A DNA stretch of 63,517 bases, the filler included, from Archaeoglobus sp. JdFR-37 (lineage in GTDB: Archaea > Halobacteriota > Archaeoglobi > Archaeoglobales > Archaeoglobaceae): NCBI GenBank assembly GCA_002010215.1. It is 3 parts of 3 records of this genome, joined end to end, with 100 filler letters (N's around TTAATTAATTAA, not from the genome) between each part and the next. Parts side by side here need not be neighbours in the genome. Positions count along the whole stretch, not along the records: positions 27,159 to 54,014 come from MTMY01000052.1; positions 54,115 to 63,517 come from MTMY01000019.1; 1 more part is not named here. The stretch is one strand, 5' to 3'. Made by a program: the position numbers and the translations under genes. This document shows positions 49,363-58,871 of the stretch, in pieces (positions within the stretch are counted from its first letter, which is position 1; the number at the start of each line of letters is the position of its first letter). The notes below the pieces were generated by a model. The model worked only from the letters and a program-made list of their open reading frames with translations, was not told where the DNA came from and did not search any database.

Positions 49363-50739
49363 ATGACAGATAAGCTCACCCTTGAGGAGTTTTTTAACTT
49401 ACTCAAGAAATATAATGTTGAAGAACTCGAAGGAGTCAGAATTGAAGGGGACCTTGAAATAGAAATCGAACCAGGGGCAGGAATAGATGCAAACACCATC
49501 AATGCTCTGGTTGCCCTATCCCAATACGTTAACCTCATTCAGGAGTTTGGCAACTTTCTGTATCACACAAACATGGCTTTGAGCTACCTGCAGAGATTGT
49601 CGACTGCTCTTGGAATTCCAACGCCGTTCGCCGCTCCGCAGCCGGTTGCACCAATTACACCAGAGGTTCCAACCGTTGAGGTACCTAGGTTTGAGATACC
49701 AGAGAAGCTTGTTGAGGCGAGGTTCGAGCCTTACAAATCTGAGTACACTGGAGTTATTCAAGAAGTTACCCTCGGAGCCACGAGAGCTGATGGCGGCACC
49801 AGAGAGGTTACAGTGACAATAGGTGGAGAGAAGAGTCTGCCGTTTTATTTCTTCGATGCCGATATGCCTCATCTGCCAGTCATCGCTATTGACATCTTCG
49901 ATCGCCGCCCGATGCTCGCAAAGGCTGTAAGAGAGCACTATGAGGACGTTCTGGATGATCCAGCAGAGTGGGCAAAGAAGGCTGTAAAGGATTTCAATGC
50001 TGATCTGGTTACTCTCCATCTCATAAGCACCGATCCGATGCTGGAAGACACTCCGGCTAGAGAAGCGGTAAAAGTTCTCGAAGACATTTTGCAAGCTGTT
50101 AAAGTGCCGATTATCGTGGGAGGAAGTGGTAACAAGGAGAAAGATCCGGAGGTTCTTGAAAAGGCTGCGGAGGTTGCTGAGGGAGAGCGCATAATGCTGG
50201 CAAGCGCGACTCTGGACATGGACTGGGAGCGCATCGGTAATGCCGCCAAGAAATACGGACACGTCATCCTGAGCTGGACTCAGATGGATATAAACAACCA
50301 AAAGACTCTTAACAGGTATCTGCTCAAGAGAGTCGGTATAGCTCCTGAAAGCCTTGTTATGGATCCTACAACAGCAGCTCTTGGTTATGGTCTTGATTAC
50401 GCTTACACCAACATGGAGAGGATAAGGATAAGTGGTCTGAGAGGAGATAGCGATCTGGCGTTCCCCATGTCCAGTGGTACAACCAATGCATGGGGCGCAA
50501 GGGAGGCCTGGATGACTGAATCACCTATTGAAGGCGATTCACCTTGGGGGCCGAGAGAGCTGAGAGGACCAATCTGGGAGATTGTTACTGGTCTTACTCT
50601 CGCTCTGGCCGGCGTTGACCTCTTCATGATGATGCATCCCGGCGCAGTCGCTGTCCTGAAAGAAATCATGTACACCCTCGGCGGAAAGGTGGAAGGAGAG
50701 GCAGTTGATCCCAGTGCATGGATAACAATGGAGGGGTGA
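49363..50739 (+). CDS. cdhD: ACDS delta subunit (corrinoid Fe-S protein small subunit)
   Basis: LGATRADGGTR, GGSGNKEKD, MDPTTAALGYG and TNAWGAREAW. Confidence 0.95.
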   Translation: MTDKLTLEEFFNLLKKYNVEELEGVRIEGDLEIEIEPGAGIDANTINALVALSQYVNLIQEFGNFLYHTNMALSYLQRLSTALGIPTPFAAPQPVAPITPEVPTVEVPRFEIPEKLVEARFEPYKSEYTGVIQEVTLGATRADGGTREVTVTIGGEKSLPFYFFDADMPHLPVIAIDIFDRRPMLAKAVREHYEDVLDDPAEWAKKAVKDFNADLVTLHLISTDPMLEDTPAREAVKVLEDILQAVKVPIIVGGSGNKEKDPEVLEKAAEVAEGERIMLASATLDMDWERIGNAAKKYGHVILSWTQMDINNQKTLNRYLLKRVGIAPESLVMDPTTAALGYGLDYAYTNMERIRISGLRGDSDLAFPMSSGTTNAWGAREAWMTESPIEGDSPWGPRELRGPIWEIVTGLTLALAGVDLFMMMHPGAVAVLKEIMYTLGGKVEGEAVDPSAWITMEG

Positions 50740-50742
50740 AGA

Positions 50743-52155
50743 ATGAAGGTAAAAAGCCCTCTTGAGGTTTACAAATTTCTTCCTCAGACTAACTGTGGCG
50801 AGTGCGGATTTGACACCTGCATGAGCTTTGCGGCACACATCATAGACCGAGGTGTGAAACCGACAGACTGTCCTCCACTTGTAAAGGAGTCTGAGAAAGA
50901 TCCGAAGCTGAAGAAAAAACTCGAAGAGCTGATAAAGCTAACTTCTCCTGAGATTGCTGAGGTCATCATCGGTGTTGGTGACAGTGCCATCAAAATTGGT
51001 GGAGAAGATGTTCTTCACAGGCATGAGCTGACGTTCTTCAACCCCACCGCATTCTTCTACGATGTCTGGGACACCATGGATGAAAGGGAGCTTGATGAGA
51101 GGTGCGGCAAGGTTGTAGAATGGAAGAAGTTCTATGTTGGAGACTATCTGACTTTAGACGGCATAGCAGTAAGATGCACTTCCAACGATCCGGAAAAGTT
51201 CAAAGAAGTAGCAAAGAAGGTGGCTGGCTATGGCAAGCCCATGATTCTTGTAGCGCTCAATCCTGAATGTATGAGGGCAGCCTTAGAGGAGGTAGCTTCT
51301 TACAGACCTCTGATATATGCTGCAACCGAGGCTAACTGGAAGGAGTTCCTAGAGCTTGCCCTGGAGTTCAATGTCCCTGTAACTCTGAGGGCCAAAGATC
51401 TGAACCTCCTGAAGAGCATGGCTGTGACCTTCAAGAACGCAGGCGTCAACGATATAGTTCTCGATCCAGTCACCGAGCCGCTGGGTGAAGGATTGAGGAG
51501 CACTTATGAGAGAGTAATTCAGCTTAGAAGAACGGCAATTCTTGCAGAGGACAAGGATATTGCGTATCCAATAATGGTTACACCTCTTGTGGCGTGGACG
51601 ATAGATGCCGATGACGTAACCAAGGCATACTGGGAAACTGTGATAGGCAGCCTGTTCGTTGTAAAATATGGTGACGTCATGATATTCCACAGCCTCGAAC
51701 CCTACACTTTGATGCCAACGGTAACGCTCCGCTACAACATATACACTGACCCACGTACTCCTGTACAGGTAGAGGCAGGGCTGAGGGAAATAAACAATCC
51801 GTCTCCAGATGATCCGGTCTTCATAACCACAAACTTCGCTCTAACATACTATACTGTTGAAAGCGACCTTACCAGTGCAAACATCAAATGCTGGCTGCTG
51901 GTTCTGAACACTGAAGGTCTGGGTGTTGAAGTGAGCGTTGCAGGTGGCCAGTTCACTGCAGCCAAGGTCAAGGATTTGATAGAAGAAACAGGCATTGCAG
52001 ACAAAGTGAACCACAAATATCTGGTAATTCCGGGGCTTGCTGCAAGGCTTCAGGGTGCTATTGAGGACGAAACCGGCTGGAATGTTCTCGTAGGCCCTAT
52101 GGATTCTGGAAGAATAAAGGGCTGGCTGGAACAGAACTGGCCTCCCAAAAAGTAA
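50743..52155 (+). CDS. cdhE: ACDS gamma subunit (corrinoid Fe-S protein large subunit)
   Basis: LPQTNCGECGFDTCMSFA, IYTDPR, TTNFALTY and WNVLVGP. Confidence 0.95.
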   Translation: MKVKSPLEVYKFLPQTNCGECGFDTCMSFAAHIIDRGVKPTDCPPLVKESEKDPKLKKKLEELIKLTSPEIAEVIIGVGDSAIKIGGEDVLHRHELTFFNPTAFFYDVWDTMDERELDERCGKVVEWKKFYVGDYLTLDGIAVRCTSNDPEKFKEVAKKVAGYGKPMILVALNPECMRAALEEVASYRPLIYAATEANWKEFLELALEFNVPVTLRAKDLNLLKSMAVTFKNAGVNDIVLDPVTEPLGEGLRSTYERVIQLRRTAILAEDKDIAYPIMVTPLVAWTIDADDVTKAYWETVIGSLFVVKYGDVMIFHSLEPYTLMPTVTLRYNIYTDPRTPVQVEAGLREINNPSPDDPVFITTNFALTYYTVESDLTSANIKCWLLVLNTEGLGVEVSVAGGQFTAAKVKDLIEETGIADKVNHKYLVIPGLAARLQGAIEDETGWNVLVGPMDSGRIKGWLEQNWPPKK

Positions 52156-52186
52156 CTTTATTATTTTTTATTCTGTTTTTTATTCT
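52156..52186 (+). terminator. T-rich archaeal terminator of the cdh operon
   Basis: Several oligo-T tracts immediately after the cdhE stop. Confidence 0.55.
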
Positions 52187-52540
52187 GGCTTGGAACAGCC
52201 CCATCTGATTGTATGCCACTTCTTGCTTATTGTTACAACCTAAGCCCCATCTATCGGCTCGTGTTGTGCGGCATATAGGGTAAAGCTGGAAAAATATTTC
52301 AGTTCTCAACGCATTCTTCCTTTGAGGTTTTAAAGGTAAAGAAATGGATGTGAGAAAAGGCTCAGGAGAAAAACAGACGTTCTTATACGGTTCTAACAAG
52401 TCGTCGAGAGTTTGTAGAGTTCGTTAGCATGTATTTTGACTGCTTTAACTGTATTTTTCAGCTGATGTTATTTATCACTCTTAGCACCATCTTTAAATAG
52501 TGTAAGGGTTTCGACTGCTGCTCGGCGAGACTGACCACGT

Positions 52541-54014
52541 ATGGAAGATAAGGAGAAAGTAAATCTTGATAGGAGCCTCAGGAACCTTTTGATGGACGGG
52601 ATAGCCTCTCAAATAATGTTTTCCCTCATAACCGTGCCGATCATAAGTTCCTACCTCGCTTCCATAAATGCAGATTCATTTACAATAGGCTTAGTTGCCG
52701 CCATCCCCTTCCTCTCGCAGCTTATTCAAATTCCTTCTGTCGTTTTCGCTGAAAAATACAGTAGAAAAAAGAACACACTTCTTACTAACTTTATTTCCCG
52801 ATTTTCGTTACTGCTTATTGGAGTTGCACTACTCATCAATGGATACCCAGATATTTCGCTCTTCATAATCCTTTTTGCAATTTATAACCTCTTCAAAGAG
52901 GCATCTACTGTATCGTGGAGTTCCTGGATGAGGGATTTAATTCCAGCACACATCAGAGGAGAATTTTACTCGAAAAGAATTGCCTACGGAAAGTTTGTAG
53001 CACTGTTCATCGTTCTCACCTTTACATTCATCTTTAACTTCCTTGGAAGACTGGCATTCTCACTCGTTTTTATAACTGCCTTCGCTGCTGGAATAGTAAG
53101 CCTACATTTCATAAGAGGGGTCGACGACGTGGAAATCGAATGGAAAGGGAAGAGAAACCTCAAGGAACCGCTCAAAGATTCAAACTTTTTAAAACTTACT
53201 TCAGCACTCTCCATCTGGAAATTTGCTTCAGAAATGGCTTTGCCTTTCTTTTCAGTTTACATCATCACTATTTTAAAGTATCCAATATGGGTCGTCATAG
53301 CCTTAACATCTGTTAGCCAGCTGAGCTCAACTTACTTCCTTCGCATATCGGGCAGGATAATGGACAAATTCGGAAATAAGCCGGTAACTATCTTGTCCTT
53401 TATCTCGTTTTCAACGGCTGTTTTTATCTTCACGTTTACGACGATGCCTGAAAGGCACTCCCTTACACCTCTGCTGCTACTTGTAATTTATGTCCTCGAT
53501 GGTTTCTATTCAGCTGTTCCAAACATAGCATTTATGAATATGATTGCGAAGATAGCTCCCAGAGGTTCGTCAGCTTCTTACTACGCAATAAACAACGTAA
53601 TCGCATCAATATTTGCAGCCATGGGCTCAATCAGCGGTGGATTTATCGCTTCATCCTTTTTATCTGCAAATTTCGCAGTGAAAATAGATATTGAGTCCTC
53701 TATAGGCTTCTTAGAGATTCCTGCTATCCATTTAGCTGGCTTTGACTTCCTTTTTATAATTTCTGCTCTGACTTCGTTAATAGCTGCTAAAATCCTCCGA
53801 TTTTTCAGAGAAGGTGGAGAGGGGAGTGAAGAAGTCGTTAAAGAGGAAATTAAACATGCAGTGCTCCACGATGTTCAGACCATTATGGCGCACATGCACA
53901 TTCAGCCGAGGTGGTTTAATTTCAATAAACCACACGCTGTCAACACACCGCCTCATCCAGGCTTTAGCAGCTTTGAATCTCCAATACAGTCAGAAAAAAG
54001 CTTAGAAGAGAGTA
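52541..54014 (+). CDS. MFS transporter (3' end runs into assembly gap)
   Basis: About 12 TM segments; GRIMDKFGNKP loop motif. Confidence 0.82.
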
Positions 54015-54114
54015 NNNNNNNNNNNNNNNNNNNNNNNNNNNNNNNNNNNNNNNNNNNNTTAATTAATTAANNNNNNNNNNNNNNNNNNNNNNNNNNNNNN
54101 NNNNNNNNNNNNNN
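54015..54114. other. Artificial contig-join spacer
   Basis: N-run with central TTAATTAATTAA. Confidence 0.95.
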
Positions 54115-55168
54115 GAGATACATAATAATGGAGGAGCTGGGGTGGGGTAGTCTAGGTCTGGCTACTGCCATAGGCGTTGATCAGATACCTTTTGTGAATG
54201 CAGCCCTCTTCGGCCCATCTGAGCTTTATGAGGAACTCGTCATCCCCTGGCTCAAGGATGAAGAGGGCAGATACCACGGTTGCTGGGGCGTGACGGAGCC
54301 TGAGCATGGAAGCGACTACCTGCTATGTTTCAGGGATGTGGAGGTGGACAGGTTTGGCAAAGGAGCGGTTATAGCCGAAAAAGACGGTGATGAATGGGTT
54401 TTGAATGGACAGAAGTCTGCATGGGTGTCTTCAGCTCCAGTGGCGACTCACTGCGGCCTGCATGCCCAAGTGAAAGACGGTAAAAACCTTGCCCACGGGA
54501 TATTCTGCATCGTGCCTCTGGATGCGGACGGAGTACGAAAAGGAAAGCCTGTAGACATGTTGGGGATGAGAGACGGCCCGCAGGGAGAGCTGTTCTTTGA
54601 CAATGTAAGAATTCCAGAGCACTATGTAATCGTCGCACCCACAACCTTTTACGGCATATTCTTCGACCAGCTTCTCTGCCTGACGAGCTGTGGAATGGGG
54701 GCTTTTTCTGTCGGACTTGCCAGAGCAGCTTTCGAGGAGGCGTTAAGATATGCAAGGCAGAGGGTGCAGGGTGGAGTGCCCATAGCCAAGCACAAGAACA
54801 TCAAGCTGAAGCTCTATCAGATGTTCGAGAAAGTTGAGACGGCCAGATATTACGTGAGAAAGGCCATGGAGCACACCCATCGCAGAATACTTCACGAAAA
54901 GACCTTCGACGCCTCGCCGAGGCACACAAGAGCTGCTCAGATTTATGCGAAGAGGATAACTTATGAAGTTGCAAACGATGCCTTGCAGATTTTCGGAGCT
55001 TATGGCCTGAGCAAGGAGTTCATAATCGAGAAGTTCTTCAGAGATGCCAGAGCGCTGCAGATAGAGGATGGGACGATTGAGGTTCTCAGCCTGGATGCTG
55101 CGGACGACATTATTGACGGATATGAAAAGGATTACTACGATGTGGAGGCAATTTGCAGCAAGTATTAG
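54115..55168 (+). CDS. Acyl-CoA dehydrogenase (5'-truncated by gap)
   Basis: TEPEHGSD, LNGQK.WVS, ARQRVQGG, QIFGAYG and FRDAR..IEDGT. Confidence 0.9.
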
Positions 55169-55225
55169 GTATGGGCTTTGTTAGTTGACCCGGTTAAGGG
55201 TAAACTAAAAGGAGGTGGTGTAAAA

Positions 55226-55972
55226 ATGTTGAAGGGAATACCGTTTGATTCCCCCCTCTACGAGGTGGATGAGGAAAGGGGAGTTGAATACAGGAATTGT
55301 GAGGCGATAACAGCCTTCTTCACGATTGAAGGAGACGTAAGTGGCATCCTGCCTGAGGGGCTGAAGCCTTTTAGCGATCCCCCTCAGGGCGGGATATGGA
55401 TCTCCCACTACTCCTTCAGCACCGTTGGGGAGTACTACGAGTACCTGACGGTCATTCAGGTAGAGGACGAGGGCGGAGACATGGGCTACTATATTCCGTA
55501 CATCTACGTTACCAATGATGCCGCTCTCGCAGCAGGAAGAGAGCTAGCAGGAGCACCCAAAAAGCTGGCGAAGATAGAGCTGACAAGGGAATACGATGTG
55601 GTTCAGGGAATTCTTGAGAGGCCCTCAGGCAAAAGGCTGGTAACATTCACCATGAGACCAGATTCCAGGGCTGCTGGAGAAATTATAGATGCTATCCTAC
55701 CTAAACCAGTACCACTCCTTTCAGTAAGGCACCTTCCACCTATAAAGGGCAAGGGAGGCGTAACCCAGCTTGTGAAGTGGTATGCAGACATCGCATTCCA
55801 TGTGGATCCTGAAGGGGAAAGAGTCATATTTGCCGGCCCCGCATCCATAACCTACGACTCTCCCTCAGTAATAGACCCCGTCCATAAAGTTGGCATTGGA
55901 GAGATGCTGATGGCAATATATTTCCAGTTCGACATGAAGCTGGGGTTCACCGACATTCTGAAAGAGTACTGA
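55226..55972 (+). CDS. Acetoacetate decarboxylase-like superfamily protein
   Basis: VGEYYE and AGRELAGAPKK (Schiff-base Lys position); start after GGAGGTG RBS. Confidence 0.82.
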   Translation: MLKGIPFDSPLYEVDEERGVEYRNCEAITAFFTIEGDVSGILPEGLKPFSDPPQGGIWISHYSFSTVGEYYEYLTVIQVEDEGGDMGYYIPYIYVTNDAALAAGRELAGAPKKLAKIELTREYDVVQGILERPSGKRLVTFTMRPDSRAAGEIIDAILPKPVPLLSVRHLPPIKGKGGVTQLVKWYADIAFHVDPEGERVIFAGPASITYDSPSVIDPVHKVGIGEMLMAIYFQFDMKLGFTDILKEY

Positions 55973-55996
55973 ATAAATTTGGCTCTGAGGCACAGC

Positions 55997-56836
55997 TCAC
56001 AGCTCATCAATTATTTTGATGATATACCTGCTCAGCTTCAATAATTTTTCAGAGATGTGCCCGGAATGAATGTTTCCCTCGTGTTTCAGGGTGTTATGCT
56101 TCAATTTATCCTGCCTGCTCACCCCACTCGGACTATCGTACTCCATCAACCTGTCGGAAACCACGCCAACCCAGCAGCATTTCAACCCCAGTATGCGACC
56201 TACCGTCAGGAATGCGGATGATTCGAGATCAATGGAAATAACTCCAAGCTCCTTCATGAGTTTTATCAGACTTCTCTCCTCCCTGTAAAGGGCATCGGTT
56301 CCGAAAGACAGTCCCATATGGTATGATTCACCATGTTCCACCAGCTTCTCCTTGATCCTGGCTGTCAGCTCAAAATCTGCAACTCCCGGAAATTCGAGGG
56401 GGGCGTAATATCTGGAGACTCCATCACCTCTGACAGACCCTTCCAGCAGTATTATGTCACCGATGCCGATGTGCTGCTGAAGAGTTCCGCACAGTCCCAG
56501 CCCGAATACGTACTTAATTCCGCAAGCAGAAAGCTGTTCTAGGGAGTTGGCTATTCTTGTGGATCCATAGGAAGGAAAGTGGATGGTAAATCTTTTCCTT
56601 CTTTTGGTTCTGCACAGCTTTAATGGAGTGGTGCTGTAGGGCCATTGAAATTCTTCTTCGACCTCTACATAATCACTTTTCAGCACTTTCTGAAACAAAT
56701 CGAAACTGAAGGTCACTAGACAGGATGCTCCCAGATCAACTTCATCAGGATCCAAGCCATGGTAAAGAAAGTCTGATTTAGCTGTAACATAGCATTCCTT
56801 TCCTAGCCAGAGTTCTCGACCAAATATTGAACTCAA
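55997..56836 (-). CDS. Nucleoside phosphorylase (PNP/UDP family)
   Basis: GLCGTL, GDII, RGDGVS.YY, TDALYRE and DLESSA. Confidence 0.82.
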   Translation of the reverse strand: MSSIFGRELWLGKECYVTAKSDFLYHGLDPDEVDLGASCLVTFSFDLFQKVLKSDYVEVEEEFQWPYSTTPLKLCRTKRRKRFTIHFPSYGSTRIANSLEQLSACGIKYVFGLGLCGTLQQHIGIGDIILLEGSVRGDGVSRYYAPLEFPGVADFELTARIKEKLVEHGESYHMGLSFGTDALYREERSLIKLMKELGVISIDLESSAFLTVGRILGLKCCWVGVVSDRLMEYDSPSGVSRQDKLKHNTLKHEGNIHSGHISEKLLKLSRYIIKIIDEL

Positions 56837-56960
56837 TTCTTACACCTCCAAGGTTACAGGATGAGAATGATTTATGCAAATGACTATTTCTTTAGCTTTA
56901 CTCTAGCTTAACTCTGAAAATTACAAATAGCTTAGATAGAAGTTCACAATGCTACTCAGC

Positions 56961-57155
56961 CTACATCCTCAGCCCAAGCATAAAAAACCAGCCAACCAAA
57001 CCAAATCCAATGGCAAATAGAATTCTAACCCCAAAAGTCATTTGGGTGCCAAAGTATCTAGGTTTGCCGAAGTTCCTTTCGGACTTATAGAGTATAAACA
57101 GCGTCTTTCTTCTGGCTTCAGCCAATTCCACTTCTGAGACGAGTGGCCTTTTCAT
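56961..57155 (-). CDS. Small hypothetical membrane protein or gene remnant
   Basis: 64 aa, C-terminal hydrophobic helix. Confidence 0.3.
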   Translation of the reverse strand: MKRPLVSEVELAEARRKTLFILYKSERNFGKPRYFGTQMTFGVRILFAIGFGLVGWFFMLGLRM

Positions 57156-57364
57156 ACGATTTGCTCCCGAAAAGTTGTGGGATAAATCTACAACTCTTCG
57201 TTTTTGATTATCTCCTCTTCTTAAATTTTTCTACTCTTTTAAATTTTATAACTCAGATGCTTTTATGCAAGTAATATAATTTCTCAATTTTCATAAGTCT
57301 TCAAATTGATGATTCCATTAGTCATAGGGCTCTACTCCAACTGAAAAAATAAACCAAAGAAGAG

Positions 57365-57461
57365 TCCCGCCTCCCGGATTTGAACCGGGGACCACGGGCT
57401 CTCCGCTTGCCAGCGGAGTGGCAAACTACAGGCCCGCGCTCTGCCACTGAGCTAAGGCGGG
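57365..57461 (-). tRNA. tRNA-Tyr(GTA) with 25-nt intron at 37/38 (57401-57425)
   Basis: CCCGCCT/AGGCGGG-A acceptor (C1:G72); CT-GTA-G followed by intron TTTGCCACTCCGCTGGCAAGCGGAG forming a bulge-helix-bulge. Confidence 0.95.
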
Positions 57462-57618
57462 ATTCGATAGTTGTTGACATTATCGTTATAAAAATCTTGT
57501 GGCAGTTAGAAAAGGTCATTGAACCTTATTTAAGCCTAGATTGACCTATTAAAGAGTGAACTCTTGCAAAAAATTTACCAAAAAACTTAAAATCAAGCTT
57601 CAGCCTCTCTGAAGCAGC

Positions 57619-58287
57619 ATGATTGGTACGGCTATCAATGCCTTGTCAATAATATTTGCCGGATTGGTAGGTGCTGTTCTGGGGGCAAGAATTGGAGAGG
57701 AAAGAAAAGATGAGATCCTTAAGGTCTTGGCTCTGGCAGTTCTACTGATAGGAGTTAAAATGTCTCTCTCAACCAACAATCCTGTTCTGGTTACAGGCAG
57801 CATAGTTCTGGGAACTCTTGTAGGAGAGGTTATGGGAATTGAGGGGAAACTCAACAGCTTTGCTCTCAAAGTCCAGAAGAGGTTTTCCAGTTCCAATTTC
57901 GCCGAAGGGTTTGTAACTTCCACTCTCCTGTTTTGCGTTGGCTCCATGGCAATAATAGGGCCTATTCAGGAGGGACTTACTGGAGATATCTCAATTCTGC
58001 TGGCAAAATCAATGCTTGATGGGGTTGCAGCATTTTTCCTTGCTTCGGTTCTTGGCCTCGGCGTAGTATTCTCCTCACTGAGTGTGGTGGCTTATCAGGG
58101 GTTTTTCACACTACTTGCATCCTTCATAAGCCCATATCTGATCGACACAGCCATTACCGAGCTTACAGCCACGGGAGGCTTGCTCATAATTGCCATATCT
58201 ATGAATCTCATGGGAGCCGTTAAGTTCAGGGTGGGAAACATGCTGCCATCTCTTCTCATAGCTCCGATTGTGGCAGCCCTGATATAG
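57619..58287 (+). CDS. DUF554 family membrane protein
   Basis: GTAIN, FAEGFVTSTLLFCVGSMAIIG, KSMLDG and NMLPSL. Confidence 0.88.
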   Translation: MIGTAINALSIIFAGLVGAVLGARIGEERKDEILKVLALAVLLIGVKMSLSTNNPVLVTGSIVLGTLVGEVMGIEGKLNSFALKVQKRFSSSNFAEGFVTSTLLFCVGSMAIIGPIQEGLTGDISILLAKSMLDGVAAFFLASVLGLGVVFSSLSVVAYQGFFTLLASFISPYLIDTAITELTATGGLLIIAISMNLMGAVKFRVGNMLPSLLIAPIVAALI

Positions 58288-58306
58288 GGATGAAGGAGGT
58301 GAGAGT

Positions 58307-58846
58307 ATCCCTCACGGTGATGATCACGTTGAACGGGTAAGAAAGTTGGCGGAATTTATTGCTTTAAAAGAGGAAGCAGATCTGGAAATTATCAGAGTTG
58401 CTGCCGAACTTCATGACATTGCCAGAGACTCCAGCACTGGGAATCACGCATTAGAGGGGGCAAAGATGGCTGAGAAGATTTTGAAGGAGAAAGGCTACCA
58501 CAAAGAATTCATCGAGAAGGTTAAGCAGTGCATAACATCCCACTCCTTCTCTTCCGGAGTTGTCCCTGAAACGTTGGAGGCAAAAATATTGAGTGATGCA
58601 GACAAGCTGGATGCTATGGGTGCCATTGGTGTTGCCAGAGCCTTTATGTTCGCTGGAGAGACCGGAAGGAGCATAGAAGATTCCCTTGTCCATTTTGAGG
58701 AGAAACTCCTCAAGCTCAGAGAAATCCTCCACACCAACACCGCTAGAAACATTGGAGAGAAAAGGCACAAAATTCTGAAAATTTTTTACAACAGGTTGAT
58801 AGATGAGTTTTCGGTATTTCAGGATTCAGATGACCATATAGATTAA
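58307..58846 (+). CDS. HD-domain phosphohydrolase (start uncertain; ATC 58307 proposed)
   Basis: HGDDHVERV, LHDI, SHSFS and DADKLDAMGAIG. Confidence 0.85.
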   Translation: MPHGDDHVERVRKLAEFIALKEEADLEIIRVAAELHDIARDSSTGNHALEGAKMAEKILKEKGYHKEFIEKVKQCITSHSFSSGVVPETLEAKILSDADKLDAMGAIGVARAFMFAGETGRSIEDSLVHFEEKLLKLREILHTNTARNIGEKRHKILKIFYNRLIDEFSVFQDSDDHID

Positions 58847-58871
58847 TGAGAGAGTTGATGATGCTACCACA

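Noticed and set aside
52190..52540. Intergenic region with AGCCCCATCT direct repeat; CRISPR or IS remnant considered
   Set aside because: Only two 10-bp copies, no regular repeat-spacer array and no transposase signal. No CRISPR array was seen anywhere in the window.
26819..55168. Idea that the two ACAD fragments at the gaps are halves of one gene
   Set aside because: Both contain C-termini with different sequences, so they are separate paralogues.
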